A stretch of 32,000 bases of DNA from Bellilinea caldifistulae (GTDB taxonomy: Bacteria > Chloroflexota > Anaerolineae > Anaerolineales > Anaerolineaceae), in NCBI RefSeq assembly GCF_001306055.1, contig NZ_LGHJ01000012.1:120001-152000 (forward strand), in the 5' to 3' direction. How positions within the stretch are numbered: position 1 is the first letter of the stretch; the number at the start of each line of letters is the position of its first letter. Below, piece after piece: positions 9,939-18,706 of this stretch. Below the pieces are notes generated by a model. The model ran no database searches. It was not told the DNA's origin and saw only the letters and a list, made by a program, of their open reading frames with translations. A program made the position numbers and the translations under genes.

Positions 9939-11339
9939 ATGCGCTTTCTGGAAAACATCATCCTGATTCTGTTGTTGCTTGCTTTAGCCTGGTCATTTTT
10001 ACCCCCGCAACGCCGCTCGCGGATCATCCTCTACCTGCCCTTCCTGACCGGTTTACTGATCATCGTCCATCTTGTGGTCGAAGGTGCCCGTTGGCAAATG
10101 TTTCCGGCTTACCTGCTCGCCATCGGGCTGCTGGCTAACAACACCCGTTTATTGCGCTCAACTGCCAGCCGTCCCACCTCACAGCCGGTCTGGCTGCGCT
10201 TGCTGCTCGTCCTTGGTGGACTGCTGTTATTCATTGTGGTTTCTCAACTGCCGGTACTGATTCCGGTGTTCAACCTTCCACAGCCGGGCGGCGGTTTTGA
10301 TGTGGGCATAAGCCAGGTGGTACTCACCGATGAGACCCGCCCTGAAACCTTTACCAGCCAGACCGACGATTTCCGCCAAGTCCCGCTGATGATCTGGTAT
10401 CCTGCCGCGAACCCCCTCAATGCCCGACCGGTTACTTACTGGCTGGATCAGCCCCAGATCAGCCGCCAGCTGGCCGGTATGCTGAACCTGCCGTTCTTTT
10501 TGCTGGATCACCTCTCGCTGGTGCAGACTCACGCCGCTTTGGATGCTCCGGCGGCAGGCGGACAGCCGCCCTTTCCGGTCATCCTCTTTTCTCACGGCTA
10601 CCGGCTGGGTTACCTGCAGCAGAACACCTCCCTGATGGAAACCCTTGCCAGTCAGGGTTATGTGGTCATCAGCATTGGGCATCCCTATCAGGCGGCGGCA
10701 GTACCCGACGAAAATGGGAACTTAATCCGCTTTGCGGCTGAAACCGCCCGACGCTTTTCGCAAGATGCTGCCTTCCGTGAAGAAAGCCTGACCATCTGGA
10801 CGGATGACCTGCGGTTCGTTCTCAATCACCTGCCGGATTTTCAACAGGGCAAGTTCCTGCCTCAACTGACTGGCAGACTGGACCTGGAACGAATTGGTGT
10901 CGCCGGTATGTCCTTTGGCGGTTCTGCCGCCAGCCGTTTATGCCTGCAAGAAGTCCGCTGTGATGCGCTCCTCACCCTCGACAGCCCGCAGTACGAGCCG
11001 GTGCTTTCCGCATCCTTGCAACAGCCGTCCCTGTTCTTTGCTGCGCAGGAAAGCGAATATGTACGCCGTGAGGTGTACGAACAGGTTAACGCCCCTGCCT
11101 ACCTGCTCACCATTCAGGGCAGCGCTCATTATGACTTCACCGATCTGACGCTGGTTTCACCGCTCAATGCCGCTCTGGGCTTTTCCGGCGGAGTGAATGG
11201 CGATCAAATGGTGCGCATCCTCAATCAGTACAGCCTGGCTTTCTTCAATCGCCACCTGAAAGACCTGCCCGCCCCGCTGCTGGATAGCCCCTCGGCTGCT
11301 TATCCTGAGGTGACCATCACCGCCCGCAACCTGCCCTGA
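9939..11339 (+). CDS. Membrane-anchored alpha/beta hydrolase (PAF-acetylhydrolase or dienelactone-hydrolase-like)
   Basis: About three N-terminal TMs are followed by a hydrolase core. The core has the nucleophile elbow GVAGMSFGG (GxSxG) and a late SAHYDF His region. Confidence 0.65.
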   Translation: MRFLENIILILLLLALAWSFLPPQRRSRIILYLPFLTGLLIIVHLVVEGARWQMFPAYLLAIGLLANNTRLLRSTASRPTSQPVWLRLLLVLGGLLLFIVVSQLPVLIPVFNLPQPGGGFDVGISQVVLTDETRPETFTSQTDDFRQVPLMIWYPAANPLNARPVTYWLDQPQISRQLAGMLNLPFFLLDHLSLVQTHAALDAPAAGGQPPFPVILFSHGYRLGYLQQNTSLMETLASQGYVVISIGHPYQAAAVPDENGNLIRFAAETARRFSQDAAFREESLTIWTDDLRFVLNHLPDFQQGKFLPQLTGRLDLERIGVAGMSFGGSAASRLCLQEVRCDALLTLDSPQYEPVLSASLQQPSLFFAAQESEYVRREVYEQVNAPAYLLTIQGSAHYDFTDLTLVSPLNAALGFSGGVNGDQMVRILNQYSLAFFNRHLKDLPAPLLDSPSAAYPEVTITARNLP

Positions 11340-12175
11340 ACCGACTCCGCCAGAGGAAGCCGCTCCAGTGCGGCTTCCAGCACCGGCTGGAAAATGCCCC
11401 GTTCGTTACGGTCGAAGATGAATTGAGCATGAGCTTTCAATGGCGGATGCGCATTGGCGGGCGCACAGGCCAGATCGGCCATATCCAGCATGGTAAAGTC
11501 GTTTTCGCCATCCCCAACCGTAATGAGCGGGACATCCTGCAGGCCGAGCGCTGGCAGCAGCGCACTCAGACCGGTCGCTTTGGTAACCCCTTTGGGGGTC
11601 ATCTCGTACAGATCCCCCAGACTGGAATTACCCTCGATGGGCAAATCCCTCAGGATTTGCGCCAATTCTTCCAGTACCGGCGGTTGATCGGAAATGCACA
11701 ACAACTTGCTGAACACCGGCACGGGTTCTCCCGGCTGCCACGGCAGGGGACGATAACCGTAGATAATCGCCCGCGGCCCGCCGTACGGCGAGGTGCGAAT
11801 CAGCCACTCGCGCCCCTCACCCTGGGCTACCACCGCCAGCGGATGCGGGAAAGCCAGCATCCGCTCGATCAGCACAGCCGCAACCGAGGGTTCGAAAGCA
11901 AAGTGACGGTGCACCCGCTCACCCGGCAGGTAGACCAGCGCGCCGTTGTGCAATACCAGCGGGTACGGCACCGGCTGATTTTCAGCAATCAACCCGTTGA
12001 TCAGCAGCGGCAGGCGCATCCCGGTCAGCGAACGCCCGGTGGCAAACACCACTGTGAGCGGTAATTCTTGTTTCAAAAATTCCACATCCATCGGGTGAAA
12101 GCGGTTTTCGGCAAACAACATCGTGCCGTCCATATCCACGGCAATCACCAGTTCCAAAGAATTCATCCCGTTCAT
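11300..12175 (-). CDS. Cof-type HAD-IIB phosphatase
   Basis: Motif I is VDMDGTML (DxDxT) and motif IV is GDGENDFTML. The track start at 12181 is a GTG and I prefer the ATG at 12175. The 3' end overlaps the convergent hydrolase gene by 40 bp. Confidence 0.8.
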   Translation of the reverse strand: MNGMNSLELVIAVDMDGTMLFAENRFHPMDVEFLKQELPLTVVFATGRSLTGMRLPLLINGLIAENQPVPYPLVLHNGALVYLPGERVHRHFAFEPSVAAVLIERMLAFPHPLAVVAQGEGREWLIRTSPYGGPRAIIYGYRPLPWQPGEPVPVFSKLLCISDQPPVLEELAQILRDLPIEGNSSLGDLYEMTPKGVTKATGLSALLPALGLQDVPLITVGDGENDFTMLDMADLACAPANAHPPLKAHAQFIFDRNERGIFQPVLEAALERLPLAESVQGRLRAVMVTSG

Positions 12176-12259
12176 AAACACAATATCCTTCTACCTTTCT
12201 AACCAAAACAGCCCAATTATTGCCTGAAAATCGAAAAAACACAAGGTCAGCGCGCCGAC

Positions 12260-13129
12260 TCACGGCGCAGAGGAACATTTGTCCAGAAGGCACATCGCAT
12301 CCATGCTCTGAAACAACCCGCTGACCCGCCAAAGGCAGTAAGCCGCCATTTCTTCATTGGTCGCGGAAGGATCGTAATGCGCCATGGAAGGAAAATTCAC
12401 ATCCGCCGGGCCGATGCGCGCTTCCAGATGCAGGTGCGGCGCCAGCGCATTGCCGGAATCACCGACCGCACCGATCACCTGTCCGCATTCGACCATCCCG
12501 CCGGGCGTGACCGCCGGCACATCCTGAAGGTGGGCATACAGCAAATAGAGCGAACGCGGACGGCTCTGCCAGTCCTCGGGCAGCGGATAAGGCGGACAGG
12601 TCAGCGCCAGCGGTTGAACCACATCTTCCGGAGCTTCCGGCAGGTTAAGCCTTGCCAAAACCTGTTCGTCCAGATCGCTCAACGGTGTCTCCACAATCAG
12701 CGCATTCCCATAAGGAAAGCGGTTGACGATGACACCGGCGACGCGCCCGCTCAAAACCGCCTGAACCGCCATTCCGCTGCGCGCAATCCGCTCCGGTTGG
12801 CTGAAATCGGCCAGATCCACCCCAAAGTGAGGATCATCGCTGCCCGGCGGAGGCGGCTTGTAGGGGTTGGAAATCTGCTCGGTCAACCGCGTCAATTCAT
12901 ACCCTTCCAGCGGCGAACAAATCCGGCTTTGCGGTGATGGGGTAGCGGTGGGGGATGGGGAGGGGGTCGGACCAGGCAATGCCGCCGTCCGCACGGCAGT
13001 TGCCGTCCATCCGGGTGCGGGGGAGGCGGTTTGCGGCACATGAACCGGACTGGTCGGGCTGCAGCTGACTGCCAGCAGCAACGACAATCCCAGCAGCCAG
13101 CCCGCTCCAAATCGAATTCTGTGAAGCAT
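12260..13129 (-). CDS. M23-family metallopeptidase, probable lipoprotein
   Basis: Contains HFGVDLA (HxxxD) and APHLHLEAR (HxH). The signal/lipobox region is LLLAVSCSP, followed by a Pro/Thr/Ser linker. The track start at 13135 is a TTG and I prefer the ATG at 13129. Confidence 0.8.
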   Translation of the reverse strand: MLHRIRFGAGWLLGLSLLLAVSCSPTSPVHVPQTASPAPGWTATAVRTAALPGPTPSPSPTATPSPQSRICSPLEGYELTRLTEQISNPYKPPPPGSDDPHFGVDLADFSQPERIARSGMAVQAVLSGRVAGVIVNRFPYGNALIVETPLSDLDEQVLARLNLPEAPEDVVQPLALTCPPYPLPEDWQSRPRSLYLLYAHLQDVPAVTPGGMVECGQVIGAVGDSGNALAPHLHLEARIGPADVNFPSMAHYDPSATNEEMAAYCLWRVSGLFQSMDAMCLLDKCSSAP

Positions 13130-13250
13130 GGGCAAATTTTACCCGCAAAATCATGGCTGAAACGATGGATTGGCTACCGTTTTTTCCCTCCATGGGGTAT
13201 CATCATAGAAAAGCAATTCTCCGACCTGTGAGGTTGCTGGGGAAACCGGT

Positions 13251-13607
13251 ATGAAGGATGAAATCTTCAACGACCGCTCGACCAATCAACGAATTTACGA
13301 CCTTGTGCGCCAGATTCCACCCGGTCGGGTGGCCAGTTACGGGCAAATTGCCCGCATGGTGGGCGGCGGGGTTGGGCCGCGCCAGGTCGGTTACGCACTG
13401 GCTGCCCTTAAATCCGGCACGGATGTACCCTGGCAGCGAGTGATCAATGCCAAAGGGCGCATCAGCCTGCCCGGCATCGGCGGGGCCATTCAACGCCAGT
13501 TGTTGATCGAGGAAGGCGTGCAATTTGACGAAAACGACAGCGTGGACTTTGAGCGTTACGGCTGGAACGCCGCTGCCGATCCAAAAAGCCGCCCTTCCAC
13601 TGACTGA
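13251..13607 (+). CDS. atl: Alkyltransferase-like (ATL) protein of the MGMT family, lacking the acceptor cysteine
   Basis: The MGMT DNA-binding domain is present (VASYGQIARMVG...RQVGYAL). The canonical PCHRV site reads PWQRV. At 118 aa it has no N-terminal Ada/Ogt domain. Confidence 0.75.
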   Translation: MKDEIFNDRSTNQRIYDLVRQIPPGRVASYGQIARMVGGGVGPRQVGYALAALKSGTDVPWQRVINAKGRISLPGIGGAIQRQLLIEEGVQFDENDSVDFERYGWNAAADPKSRPSTD

Positions 13608-13610
13608 CTC

Positions 13611-14525
13611 ATGGTTGATCTGAAACAAGCCATTCTCCCTTATTACCTGCGGCTCAACCGCTTCAGCCGTGGGACCATTGAAATCATCCGGGTGACTCTC
13701 AAAAACTTTTCCCTGGCACGCGGCAGTGAAGCGGCGGCCAGCCTGGCGTACTATGCGCTTTTCTCATTATTCCCTTTGCTGCTGATCCTCATCTCGGTAG
13801 CCGGTTTTGTCCTCAACCGCGAAGATGCCTATCAGGCGGTGCTGACGCTGGTTTTCCAGGCCCTGCCCAACGCCGAACCGCTCATCGAACGCAATTTACA
13901 GGTCATTCTCAACCGACGCGGAACTATCGGAATCATCGGTCTCTTGGGAGCGTTCTGGTCGGCTTCGGGTTTTTTCAATACGCTGGTACGCAACATTAAC
14001 CGCGCCTGGCTGAACCTCAAACCGCGCGATGTGATTCGCACCCGCCTGCTGGCTCTCGGCATGATCGGCATGATCATCCTGCTGCTCGTGCTTTCGCTGC
14101 TTTCCACCGCCGTTTTCAACCTGATTCGGGTATTCGACCGCATATTTCTCAACGGCAACCATCTGGAAAACACCTTCATCTACCCCTACCTGCGCCTGCT
14201 CATCCCGGCTTTCTTCACCTTTCTCATGTTCCTGATCATCTACCGCTGGATTCCCAATACCAAAGTGCGCTGGCGGGCCTGCATGTGGGGTTCTTTGTGG
14301 ACAAGCGTAGCCTGGGAACTGGCCAAATACGGATTTAGCGCGTATTTATCCAGCGGATTGGCGCAATATGAGATTTTATACGGCTCACTCGGCACGGTAT
14401 TGGCGCTGATGTTCTACATCTACCTGTCCTGCACCATCATCCTGCTGGGGGCACACCTCACTGCCACGATTGACCAGCGCAAACCGCGCCGCACCTTGAC
14501 AGAACAGACCGAGGTTAAAAACTAA
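13611..14525 (+). CDS. YihY/BrkB-family inner-membrane protein
   Basis: Has about six TMs and the typical SLAYYALFSLFPLLLIL N-terminal region. It starts 4 nt after the ATL stop. Confidence 0.8.
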   Translation: MVDLKQAILPYYLRLNRFSRGTIEIIRVTLKNFSLARGSEAAASLAYYALFSLFPLLLILISVAGFVLNREDAYQAVLTLVFQALPNAEPLIERNLQVILNRRGTIGIIGLLGAFWSASGFFNTLVRNINRAWLNLKPRDVIRTRLLALGMIGMIILLLVLSLLSTAVFNLIRVFDRIFLNGNHLENTFIYPYLRLLIPAFFTFLMFLIIYRWIPNTKVRWRACMWGSLWTSVAWELAKYGFSAYLSSGLAQYEILYGSLGTVLALMFYIYLSCTIILLGAHLTATIDQRKPRRTLTEQTEVKN

Positions 14526-14552
14526 AAGGCAGCCCATCTTACGGCTGCCTTT
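14524..14552. terminator. Bidirectional hairpin terminator between the convergent YihY and sodA genes
   Basis: AAAGGCAGCC (14525-14534) and GGCTGCCTTT (14543-14552) form a perfect 10-bp inverted repeat with an 8-nt loop. A-residues lie on the left and T-residues on the right. Confidence 0.55.
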
Positions 14553-14575
14553 GCACCTTGTAACTCCACAATGGT

Positions 14576-15193
14576 TTAGCGGTTAGCCTGATACCGGCTC
14601 TCGACAAAATCCCAGTTGACAATCGTCCAGAAGGCTTTGACGTAGTCGGGACGGCGGTTCTGGTAATGCAGGTAATAGGCGTGTTCCCAAACATCCAACC
14701 CCAGCAGCGGAATGTGGCCGTCCATGTAGGGGCTGTCCTGATTTGCGGTGGAATAGACCTGCAATTTTTTCTCGCCATCCAGCACCAGCCAGGCCCAGCC
14801 GGAGCCAAAGCGAGTAACGGCAGCGTTGCTGAACTTTTCCACAAAGGCGTCGTACGAACCGAAGGTGGCGTCAATCGCCTTGGCAATCTCACCCACCGGG
14901 GTTTTGCTGCCGCCGGGGGCAATCCAGTCCCAGAAGAGGGTGTGATTGAGGTGTCCACCGCCGTTGTTGCGCACCGCCGTGCGGATGTTCTCCGGCACTT
15001 CGTTGATGCGGCGCAAAATCTCTTCAATTGGATGGTCAAACCACTCGGGGGCACTCTCAAGGGCTTTGTTGAGATTGGTCACATACGCGCCGTGATGCTT
15101 ATCGTGGTGAATCTCCATGGTGCGGGCATCAATGGCGGGTTCCAGGGCGTTGAAGGCGTATTTCAGGGGAGGCAGTTCAAATACTTTTGCCAT
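14576..15193 (-). CDS. sodA: Superoxide dismutase, Mn-type
   Basis: Contains [17 protein letters not shown] (an Mn-type Gln context) and [18 protein letters not shown]. An AAAGGAAA RBS lies upstream. Confidence 0.92.
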   Translation of the reverse strand: MAKVFELPPLKYAFNALEPAIDARTMEIHHDKHHGAYVTNLNKALESAPEWFDHPIEEILRRINEVPENIRTAVRNNGGGHLNHTLFWDWIAPGGSKTPVGEIAKAIDATFGSYDAFVEKFSNAAVTRFGSGWAWLVLDGEKKLQVYSTANQDSPYMDGHIPLLGLDVWEHAYYLHYQNRRPDYVKAFWTIVNWDFVESRYQANR

Positions 15194-15262
15194 CGTTCAA
15201 TTTCCTTTCTTTTTGTTCTTGTTTTGATATTCATATCCCCACCCGTTCGGGGTATTTATTTA

Positions 15263-15281
15263 TATTATTATGATAATAATA
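15263..15281. promoter_or_regulatory. 19-bp perfect 9-1-9 palindrome, candidate Fur/PerR-family operator
   Basis: The sequence is TATTATTAT-G-ATAATAATA. Its 7-1-7 core, TTATTATgATAATAA, resembles the Fur-family box architecture. It lies 70-88 nt upstream of the sodA ATG. Confidence 0.4.
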
Positions 15282-15293
15282 CTACGATTTCAA
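15265..15293 (-). promoter_or_regulatory. Putative sigma-70-type promoter of sodA
   Basis: On the minus strand, TTGAAA (15293-15288) is followed by a 17-nt spacer and then TAATAA(T) (15270-15265). The -10 element and spacer lie inside the palindrome. Confidence 0.35.
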
Positions 15294-15392
15294 AAGGGAG
15301 TCAATCAAGCCTGTACAGGTTTCATATCGAGTTCGTACAAGCGGGGGATGCGCACCATCACCCCGCCGGACCTGGGAATCACCCTTCTTGAA

Positions 15393-15431
15393 TAAAAAAA
15401 CAAAAGCTGCCCGCCTTCTACGGCAGGCAGC
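15393..15431 (-). terminator. Rho-independent terminator after the PilZ gene
   Basis: The plus strand reads AAAAAAACAAAA-GCTGCCcGCC-ttctac-GGCaGGCAGC. On the minus strand the hairpin is followed by TTTTGTTTTTTT. Confidence 0.5.
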
Positions 15432-15471
15432 CTGAAAAGCCCATTCCACATCCGGAAGTGCTGCCGGCGCC

Positions 15472-15762
15472 TCAGGAAATGTTGACCGCCACGCGCATAT
15501 CCTGCGCGGTGCGCTCCACCCTCACCACCTTGCCGTGCACCACCATCGAATCGCGCCCTTCCAGATGGGGAATGGACAGGGCAATCTCGGCTCCCAGCGG
15601 CAGATTGAGGTGACGGTCGGTGGAGAGCAAGATGCCCACAGCGCTGACGTTGATGGTCTTGCCGCTGGCGCGTACCGGGTCAACAATCAGCACCGGGCGT
15701 TCCCAGACGATGCGGTTGGCACGGCGGGTATTGGCGCTAGAAGGGGATAAGCGGTCTTCCAT
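15472..15762 (-). CDS. Single-domain PilZ protein (c-di-GMP receptor family)
   Basis: RRANR (RxxxR) is followed about 20 aa later by INVSAVGIL (N-x-S-x-x-G). I prefer the ATG at 15762 (MEDRLSPSS...). The longer track ORF, starting at 15873, adds a non-PilZ leader. Confidence 0.7.
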   Translation of the reverse strand: MEDRLSPSSANTRRANRIVWERPVLIVDPVRASGKTINVSAVGILLSTDRHLNLPLGAEIALSIPHLEGRDSMVVHGKVVRVERTAQDMRVAVNIS

Positions 15763-15877
15763 TTGTTGACAACCTTTCTTTACGATTAATCCTGAAAAAA
15801 TAATAGCACATTTTATGCCAGAATAAAAGTGGGTGGAACTGCTAGTTTGTTCCTGAAACTGCACCATCGTCACGGTA

Positions 15878-15886
15878 TGTTATAAT
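15878..15886 (+). promoter_or_regulatory. Extended -10 element (TGtTATAAT) upstream of the YibE/F gene
   Basis: TG at 15878-15879 and TATAAT at 15881-15886 lie 20 nt before the ATG at 15906. This implies a very short leader. No good -35 element was found. Confidence 0.35.
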
Positions 15887-15905
15887 CCCTCTCGCATCCA
15901 GAGCC

Positions 15906-17123
15906 ATGACCTTTAACCCGAATCGAGTGAGTTTAATCCTCAGCCTGCTGGCGGTGATCGCCGGCGTAGCGCTGATTGTCTGGCTTGTTCCGTTGCTCAG
16001 CGGGCTGCTGAGTACCGAACGTCCCGCCGGTCAGGTCGGTTACGATTCCAGCACCGTGCGCGCCGAGGTGCTGGAAATCCTCGAAAGCGGGCAAATCACC
16101 CTCGGCGAGCGCCCGCAACGTTATCAGGTCTTTACCGCCCGCGTGCTGGAAGGCGATTTTGCCGGTCAAATCGTCGAGATCGAATACGGCTTGCAGCAAA
16201 TCCGTTCAAACGATGCCGATGTGCGCCCCGGCGAAGTGGTGTTGATCACCGTTGGGGTAAGGCCGGATGGGAAAATCATTGCTTTTTTCACCGATTTCAT
16301 CCGCACCGGCAGCATTTTGCAGTTGTTTCTGCTGTTTGTGCTGATCAGCATCCTGATCGGCGGCTGGAAGGGACTGCGCGGGTTGCTCGGTATCGCCCTC
16401 AGCCTGCTGGTCATCGTTCTGTACATCATCCCCCAGATTCTGGCCGGTAAGAACCCGGTGCTGGTCAGCATCATCGGCTCGTTTGGCTTTCTGGCCGTTT
16501 CGCTTTACATTGTCTACGGTTGGACGCTGAAAACGCACGCCGCCGTGCTGGGCATGTTGATCGCGCTGATCATCACCGGCACACTGGCCTGGGTTTCGAT
16601 CAACTTCACCCGCCTGAGCGGCTTCGGCGATGAAAACGTGATGTTCCTCGCCCAAATGACCGCCACTCCGCTCGACCTGCGCGGCCTGCTGCTGGGCGGC
16701 ATGATCATTGGTGCGTTGGGCGTACTGGATGATCTGGTTATCAGTCAGTCCTCGGCCGTGTTTGAATTACACGGGGCAAACCCGGCCCTCTCGCTGGGTT
16801 TTCTCTACCGCCGGGCAATGAACATCGGCCGGGATCACGTTGCCGCCACGGTCAACACGCTGGTGCTGGCTTATGCCGGCGCATCCCTGCCCATGCTGCT
16901 GCTCTTTTCGCTCAACAATCAGAATGTCGCTCTGCTGCTCAACCTCGATTTCATCGCCGAAGAGGTGGTGCGCACCCTGGTCGGTTCGGTGGGCTTATTC
17001 GCCTCGGTGCCAATTACCACGGCGCTGGCTTGTCTGGCGGCGGTTCATTCTCACCGACTCGGCAAATGGCGGCGCTGGCTCGGCCCGGAGACCGGATCAG
17101 AAGAACACACCCACTCCCATTAA
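15906..17123 (+). CDS. YibE/F-family membrane protein
   Basis: An N-terminal TM and a soluble beta domain are followed by about seven TMs. The conserved-looking region GALGVLDDLVISQSSAVFEL is present, and the tail is His-rich. Confidence 0.7.
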   Translation: MTFNPNRVSLILSLLAVIAGVALIVWLVPLLSGLLSTERPAGQVGYDSSTVRAEVLEILESGQITLGERPQRYQVFTARVLEGDFAGQIVEIEYGLQQIRSNDADVRPGEVVLITVGVRPDGKIIAFFTDFIRTGSILQLFLLFVLISILIGGWKGLRGLLGIALSLLVIVLYIIPQILAGKNPVLVSIIGSFGFLAVSLYIVYGWTLKTHAAVLGMLIALIITGTLAWVSINFTRLSGFGDENVMFLAQMTATPLDLRGLLLGGMIIGALGVLDDLVISQSSAVFELHGANPALSLGFLYRRAMNIGRDHVAATVNTLVLAYAGASLPMLLLFSLNNQNVALLLNLDFIAEEVVRTLVGSVGLFASVPITTALACLAAVHSHRLGKWRRWLGPETGSEEHTHSH

Positions 17124-17785
17124 ATTTGCAGATAGCCGCGGCGCGCCCCAACACGGACTGCCTCGGCACGGTTCATCACCCCCAGTTTGCCGTAAATGGA
17201 CGAGATGTGATATTTGACGGTATGCTCGCTGATGCCCAGCGTCAGTGCGATTTGCTTGTTGGTCAATCCCTGCGCCAGCTGCTCCAGCACTTCCACCTCA
17301 CGGGGGGTCAAACGCTCTTCACCCGCTGGCGAGATCCACCCCCTCACCGCCGATGTCCCCCGCGGGTTGAACCAGACCGGCAGCCCAACCGAAAGCCCCT
17401 CCACCAGCGCAGCCAACGCCGCGCGCAAAACTTCCTCTTCCACCCCCAGTGGCAGCACGCCGACCGGCCGGTTATGGAAAACGGACGGAAGAGGCGTGCC
17501 TTGCGCCTCTTCCCAATCCGTCAGCAGCAGCAACATTGCCGCCGGATGATCCCTTGGCAGGTGGTGATCCACCTCGTTTAACTGGCGGGACGAAAGAACT
17601 GCCACCAGCACATCCACCGGTTCTTCCAACCGGTTTAATTCGGCTGTATCTGCCATCTCAGCAGTAATGGTGAGGCGTTCGCTGCCGGATAGCAACGCCC
17701 GAAGCCCGGCACGGATGGTACCGCCCGGGCTCAGCAGTGCAACCTGCAACGGACTTTCTTGCCTGCCCCTGAAATCCGCTGCCAT
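17120..17785 (-). CDS. LuxR/NarL-type transcriptional regulator with a degenerate (pseudo-)receiver domain
   Basis: The C-terminal HTH is LTPREVEVLEQLAQGLTNKQIALTLGISEHTVKYHISSIYGKLGV. The N-terminal domain has a REC-like beta-alpha rhythm but lacks the acidic pocket and the phospho-acceptor Asp, judged by eye. Confidence 0.8.
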   Translation of the reverse strand: MAADFRGRQESPLQVALLSPGGTIRAGLRALLSGSERLTITAEMADTAELNRLEEPVDVLVAVLSSRQLNEVDHHLPRDHPAAMLLLLTDWEEAQGTPLPSVFHNRPVGVLPLGVEEEVLRAALAALVEGLSVGLPVWFNPRGTSAVRGWISPAGEERLTPREVEVLEQLAQGLTNKQIALTLGISEHTVKYHISSIYGKLGVMNRAEAVRVGARRGYLQI

Positions 17786-17794
17786 CAGTTCATC

Positions 17795-18706
17795 TCAACG
17801 TTCACCCACGGTGACCTGTTTTTCAAGCCGTTGACCACCGCGCAGCAATTCAAGGGTGACAGTGCTGCCGACCACATCCGCCGAAAGCACCGAAACCAGG
17901 TCTTCGGGGTCATTCAACGGTCGAGTGTTGATGGCAGCCAGAATATCACCTACCATCAAACCGGCTTCCGCCGCCGGAGTGCCTTCCTCAACGCCAACCA
18001 GCAGTAAACCGCGTTCCTGCGTGCGGTTCAACGCTTGTTGCAAGGCCGAGGGGATTTCAACCGGCTGGCTGCGAATGCCCAAATACCCGCGCCGAATGCG
18101 TCCATGCCGGGCCAATACATTGCCAATCTCCCAGGCCACCGCCACCGGGATGGAGAGGAACGTACCGCCCGCCAGCCCGGAGGTATTGATACCCAGCAGC
18201 CGGCCGTTCAGATCAACCAGGCCACCGCCCGAAAAGCCGGGGTAAGGGGTGGCATCCAGCCGAAAGAAGCGCCGCAGAAGCCCACCCCGCATCGTCCGCA
18301 CCGGCCCGCCGATGGCCGAAATCAACGCCCAACCCACCTGAATTCCGTCCGGATCCGGGCGCGCCACGGTCAGCGCCGGTTGGCCGATTTTGCCTTCGCT
18401 TTCGGCGGTTACCGCAGGTGTCAGCACCGCTTCTTCCAGCCGCAGCAAAGCCAGATCATTGGCAGGGTCACGGCCTGCCAGCGAAGCAGCCTGAACACTG
18501 CCATCCGGCAAAAGAATGCGGATATTTTCCTCCCGTTCGACCACATGATCGGCGGTCAGGATCAAATTAGACGAATACGCCAACCCGCTGCCGGGCAGAC
18601 GCTTGCGGGCATCCACCAGCACCGTGTAGGTGGCCGCCCGCTCGGCCGCGCTGGTCCATCCCTCCGAGACTTTGCTCATCCACTCGCTGCTCGTTTCACC
18701 TGACAT
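17795..18706 (-). CDS. HtrA/DegP-like S1C serine protease with a C-terminal PDZ domain; no obvious signal peptide
   Basis: The triad contexts are TADHVV, NDLALLRL and GFSGGGLVD. The PDZ-like segment is LLLVGVEEGTPAAEAGLMVGDILAAIN. A strong AAGGAGGTG RBS is present. Confidence 0.8.
   Translation of the reverse strand: MSGETSSEWMSKVSEGWTSAAERAATYTVLVDARKRLPGSGLAYSSNLILTADHVVEREENIRILLPDGSVQAASLAGRDPANDLALLRLEEAVLTPAVTAESEGKIGQPALTVARPDPDGIQVGWALISAIGGPVRTMRGGLLRRFFRLDATPYPGFSGGGLVDLNGRLLGINTSGLAGGTFLSIPVAVAWEIGNVLARHGRIRRGYLGIRSQPVEIPSALQQALNRTQERGLLLVGVEEGTPAAEAGLMVGDILAAINTRPLNDPEDLVSVLSADVVGSTVTLELLRGGQRLEKQVTVGER

Noticed and set aside
15322-15375. A possible 17-codon minus-strand mini-ORF (MVRIPRLYELDMKPVQA) lies in the 278-nt sodA/PilZ intergenic region. 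I considered whether this spacer hides a leader peptide or sRNA.
   Set aside because: There is no convincing RBS spacing and no attenuator-like alternative hairpins, and I cannot evaluate conservation. The spacer is adequately explained by the PilZ terminator plus the sodA promoter and operator.
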